This document shows, one piece after another, positions 63,104 to 64,000 of a stretch of DNA of 64,000 nucleotides (positions within the stretch are counted from its first letter, which is position 1; each line of letters begins with the position of its first letter). Source of the DNA: Sphyrna mokarran (taxonomy: Eukaryota); NCBI GenBank assembly GCA_024679065.1, contig JAGIQG010000040.1, positions 7,192,001 to 7,256,000 on the forward strand, in the 5' to 3' direction. Made by a program: the position numbers and the translations under genes. The notes under the pieces are model-generated. The model had not been told where the DNA came from. It saw nothing but the letters and a program-made list of their open reading frames with translations, and did no database searches.

Positions 63104-64000
63104 TATTCAACATGAATTGTGCACCGCGTACGATTGCTTCCTCTTCATAACCGTGGCACACGCCACCTCCTTTCCCAGGTGCATACCCACTCCTTTGGAC
63201 ATCCTTACCTTCTCTGTTTTTTAAAATACATTTGGAAGGTAATTTGCAGCAGCATATAATTTTTTAGTGTAGCCGGTCTAAATCAGTTTATCATCTCTTC
63301 CCCGCAGCTGACGCAAAGTGCATATATTCCAATTGTCCAAAATACCTCAGCCTCCATGTACTTGAGATAATGCTACTGATATTCTATGGTTTTCTATTGA
63401 CTGGAACTAAGATTTACAGAACCATACATAGCAACTAGAAGCAAAAACAGGTCAATTGGCCCTCCGACTCTGTTCCACCATTTTTTATTATCATGGCTGA
63501 TCATCAAATTCAATAACTTGTTCCCAATCCCACGTATCTCCGTCTACTTTACCGCAAAATCTAAATCTTTTTTTTTCCTTGCAATTGCACAAAGTTTGGG
63601 CTCAACGACTTTCTGTGGCAATGGATTCGAGATAATCACATCTGTCTGAGTGAAGATTATTTTCCTCACCTCAGTCCTAAATAGGATAGATATATTAGGA
63701 ATGCTTTCATCTGCCAACGTAGACCAGTCACTGCGTTGCTGTTGAGTGATCACCTGTCCTTTGAGAGAATGGTTTCAATCTTCCAAATCGCTTCTCTGCC
63801 AATCCCAAGTTCTCCAGTTCTTAATATCACATCTTCTGGGAGCCGCATTGCCCTACCAGTCATCAGTTCAAAAGTACAGATAGACCAGACAGATTGCAGG
63901 AGATGTTGACGGTCATGAACTTCCTTTGCCTACTGTCCACTTCACTCGACATGCCCAAGCTTCTTGCTGGTCACCCGCCAACAGATCGGCCGCTGGTGCT

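Overview
Eukaryotic genomic DNA from a cartilaginous fish, most likely a shark (inferred from HE1-type SINEs, CR1 LINEs with (TGTTCTA)n tails, Deu-domain SINEs and the cluster-type Ig locus). The core is one complete, unrearranged immunoglobulin heavy-chain cluster on the + strand: leader 30756, VH 30931-31231, D1, D2, JH 32844-32891, Cmu1-Cmu4 with secretory tail (42013-49732) and TM1/TM2 (55418-55692). All RSSs and splice sites are readable. Three things stand out. (1) The VH and leader look IgW-type while the constant region is IgM-type, which suggests a germline chimaeric cluster. (2) An intact tRNA-Asn(GTT) gene lies antisense, 14 bp from the JH RSS nonamer. (3) The C region carries two lesions, a 1-nt frameshift in CH1 and a CR1 insertion separating CH3 from its splice donor, while V, D and J are intact. 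Flanks contain a C2H2 zinc-finger pseudogene, a near-perfect 222-bp palindrome with a hammerhead-like core, a decayed 54-bp satellite, a possible decayed LRR-transmembrane gene, a possible Harbinger-type Myb/SANT relic, an intact two-exon GPR139-like GPCR and many CR1/SINE copies. Family assignments come from motif recognition, not database searches.
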